Both the position numbers and the translations under genes were made by a program. This document shows, in pieces, positions 60,187-64,000 of a DNA stretch of 64,000 bases. Under the pieces are notes generated by a model. It had not been told where the DNA came from. It searched no databases and saw only the letters and a program-made list of their open reading frames with translations. Source of the stretch: the human T2T-CHM13v2.0 reference genome, Homo sapiens; assembly GCF_009914755.1 (NCBI RefSeq), contig NC_060929.1; one strand, 5' to 3'. The stretch's first letter is position 1, and the number at the start of each line of letters is the position of its first letter.

Positions 60187-60733
60187 TCCCTGTCTCCCTG
60201 CAGCATTAAAATATCTGTCCGCTTGCTTTCTAAGATTTCCTGTTTTTCCCCCTTCCACATTTTTGGTAGGCCTTTTCTTTTTTAAAATTTTATTGTTTCT
60301 CTCATGCTTAACATTGACTTATTCCCAGCAGTTTCTTCTTAGCATAAAACTCTTTTAGAAGAAAGCTCTGTTTGGCCAGTTTTGAACCTTTTCAGGGACT
60401 TGATTGCTCCAATCATTTTAGGGTTTTTTTTGGTGTCTTTATACTTATTCATCACTAAAGTGAGCAAAACCTCACTCTGTTTCAGCTGTTATCCTTAAAT
60501 TAACTCTTTCTCCTGGTACGTACCGAAGAGTATATTTTAGGGTTCTCCTAAAATGTAGGGTTGGCATTTTCAAGTCCATCCAATGCTTGATTGCTTCCCT
60601 CTCTTTTCTCCCCACTGCTTCCTCATGCACCAGCACTGAGACTCTGCAGTTCTGATGGCTGTTGGAGATCCCCCACCACCTGTGTTTTGTGGCTCAGAGT
60701 TATCTTGTGATTTAGTTTCGTGGTAAATGCTGT

Positions 60734-60735
<2 letters not shown>

Positions 60736-60773
<38 letters not shown>
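60736..60773. repeat. (GT)n microsatellite, ~19 units
   Basis: Seen directly. Confidence 0.95.
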
Positions 60774-60776
<3 letters not shown>

Positions 60777-60994
60777 GGTGTGACTATCTACAAACTCAGT
60801 TTTTACACTGGGATTTGGGAAAATTAAAAATGATAACATCATTGATGCTATGATTACATTACTGCTCATATTCCCATATTTCTTCCAAATTTAATTGATC
60901 TTAGCCTGAGCATTGTTATTATTTTTAAAATTCCCCAGGTGACATAATTGTGCAGATTGAGAACCAGTGGTCTCATTCAAATAAGGAAACACAT

Positions 60995-61950
<956 letters not shown>

Positions 61951-64000
61951 ATATTAGAAATGCTGACCGCCATCTATTTATATATGTGTTATTCTTTTGG
62001 TTAGTAGTTCCTTTTTTGAAAATTTTTGTGCCAAAGATAAGACATATTCCTGAAACGATTTACACTCCAGTATTTGTTCTATTGCTCTTACAGCATGCAT
62101 TTTATCTCTATGTCTAATCTATAACATTAATTTCATGTAGCATCATATTTTAAATTACTTTCTTTTTCTAAGGAACTAAACATTAGAATCACAACTGCTC
62201 TTCTTCCATAATCTAGCTTCCTATAAATGCAACAGAAAATAGAGAAAAAATAAAAGACACAAAACTACTTTCTCTAGGGCTTTCCCCCTTATCAATAAAT
62301 AAATAAATAAGAAGAGGTAACATTTCACTTTTGTTAATTTAGAAAAGTTAGTATCTTTTCCCCATCAATTATTTAACATCTTACAGCAGGCTGGGTATTT
62401 ACTGCTTTGATTATGCACTACTGCATATTTCTCTGTCTTTCTGTCTTTGCTACTAACATGTGTGTTAGGTAGCCAACTGTGATGGTCAGCATTTTCCCAC
62501 ACACTGAACATACTGAATGAACCATAAACAAAAATTTTAAGAAGGGATTTTTAACCCTTTTATCCACAAATATATGTTAGATCTACCTTTTTTTTTTATT
62601 TTAACAGTGCACAATAAAGGTAAATTTCCTGCTTCATTACAAAAGAGCAGAATTTCCATTGCTCAAAATCAAAAGTAATTTTAGCTTCACATAGCGGAGC
62701 TATGACAAGGAAGAAGGTTAGAGAATAAATGAAGGTGAAGGCAAGTGTGATTTCTAGGCAAGTTGCTGTATATGGTTACCTCTATTACGCTACAACAATC
62801 ATTTGCCCCCCTACTTCATCCTGCAACTTTTTAGTAACAAGCCTCTATTTCCACCATATCCCCAAACACATATACCAAAGCCTGCTTATCCCTCATTATT
62901 ATAGTATTTTAATTCAGGAAAAAGAAATATTTATAAAAATAATGAGTATTTAACTTATAATTTAAGTCTGTGAACTTCACATTTGATATTCCTCAGATTT
63001 TTATGAAGATTTAATGTTATAAATGTAGGTGTCATCTTAATAAATGAAGGAATAAAGGTTGCTGTTAAGACTGTTGTACCACTATCTAAACCTAAGGTGA
63101 GTTTTCTATAATTTTATAACATGTCTACTGAAAATCCTGGGCTTTTGCCTTTTACTTTTAGAAATCTCCTAAGAAAAACCCCCAAAACTTTAACATTCAC
63201 TTCCCTAGGTCAGTCATCGAGGTGCTGGTGGTATGCCCCTCATCCGGGTTCTTTGGCTCAGCATCTATTCCCTCTCATTCCATGACTGAACTAAGTACCA
63301 CATGGTCTATTTGGGTGAAATACATTCCAATGATTTCATCCAGTCTCATTCATAGTATCTGAGCCTCACATTTTTTGCATTGTGCCTAGTTTTTGACACA
63401 CCCTACTCTGATCCTGCCAGAGCCTTCCCAAATAAAGACTGTGCTCTGTTAGTATATACGGGCCCTATTGTTGGCTCTGAGTCCTAGCCCACTTGAATTT
63501 TAATGAAGACTCATAGACAGTTGTTATGAAACAAACACTATAATGACACCCAGACAAGCTGTAGAGTTATTTTTAAGCAGATGATGTGTGTGGCCCATGC
63601 CTCATGCCCACCAAATGATAATAATAGTAACACTATGCAGTAAGTACAGAGAACATTTTTTTCATAAAACTGCATAAATCATAAAATGGTTCCTGCCATT
63701 CTTCCACCTTCTATCCACCTTCCTTCCTCTTCACACCATCAGTAGTTGCAGGACTTAGTACTGTGCACCTCACTGGATCCAAGTAACAACCAAAATAAAA
63801 AGAAACATTAATTTTAGGCACTCATTAGAGAAAAACGAGGGGTGGCATTACACATGTATACTAAAGAAAAGTATATTTTTAAAAGCAAAACCCAGATTGT
63901 CTTTTCAAGAGTCAGAAATGAATTCTTCCATATTTGACATCTTTTTATATTCATATGTATTTGTTCACATATACATTATGTGTTCATATATGCTTATATA

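Overview
This is AT-rich, LINE-dense human genomic DNA; a near-consensus AluYb8 points to human. I found no host protein-coding gene I can name, and nearly all long ORFs are broken L1 ORF1/ORF2 pieces or their antisense shadows. More than two thirds of the window is nested retrotransposons: L1PA3, two L1PA5-like, L1PA7, L1PA15/16, L1MA/MB/MC, MST/THE1 MaLR elements, eight Alus and DNA MITEs. Main observations: (1) two inverted full-length L1s of different subfamilies share a ~665-bp near-identical ORF2 tract plus patchy private mutations, which suggests ectopic gene conversion and a possible inversion substrate; (2) a 212-bp GC-rich 5' transduction lies inside the perfect 16-bp TSD of the L1PA5; (3) a tailless 5' half of tRNA-Arg(CCT) abuts an L1PA7 tail; (4) a ~600-bp 3' transduction is carried by a ~50-bp L1 stub; (5) a 115-nt hairpin has transition-only mismatches; (6) a 74-bp island is duplicated 1.2 kb apart; (7) candidate minus-strand exons could be joined in frame to L1 ORF0. 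Subfamily calls come from remembered diagnostic motifs, not a RepeatMasker run.
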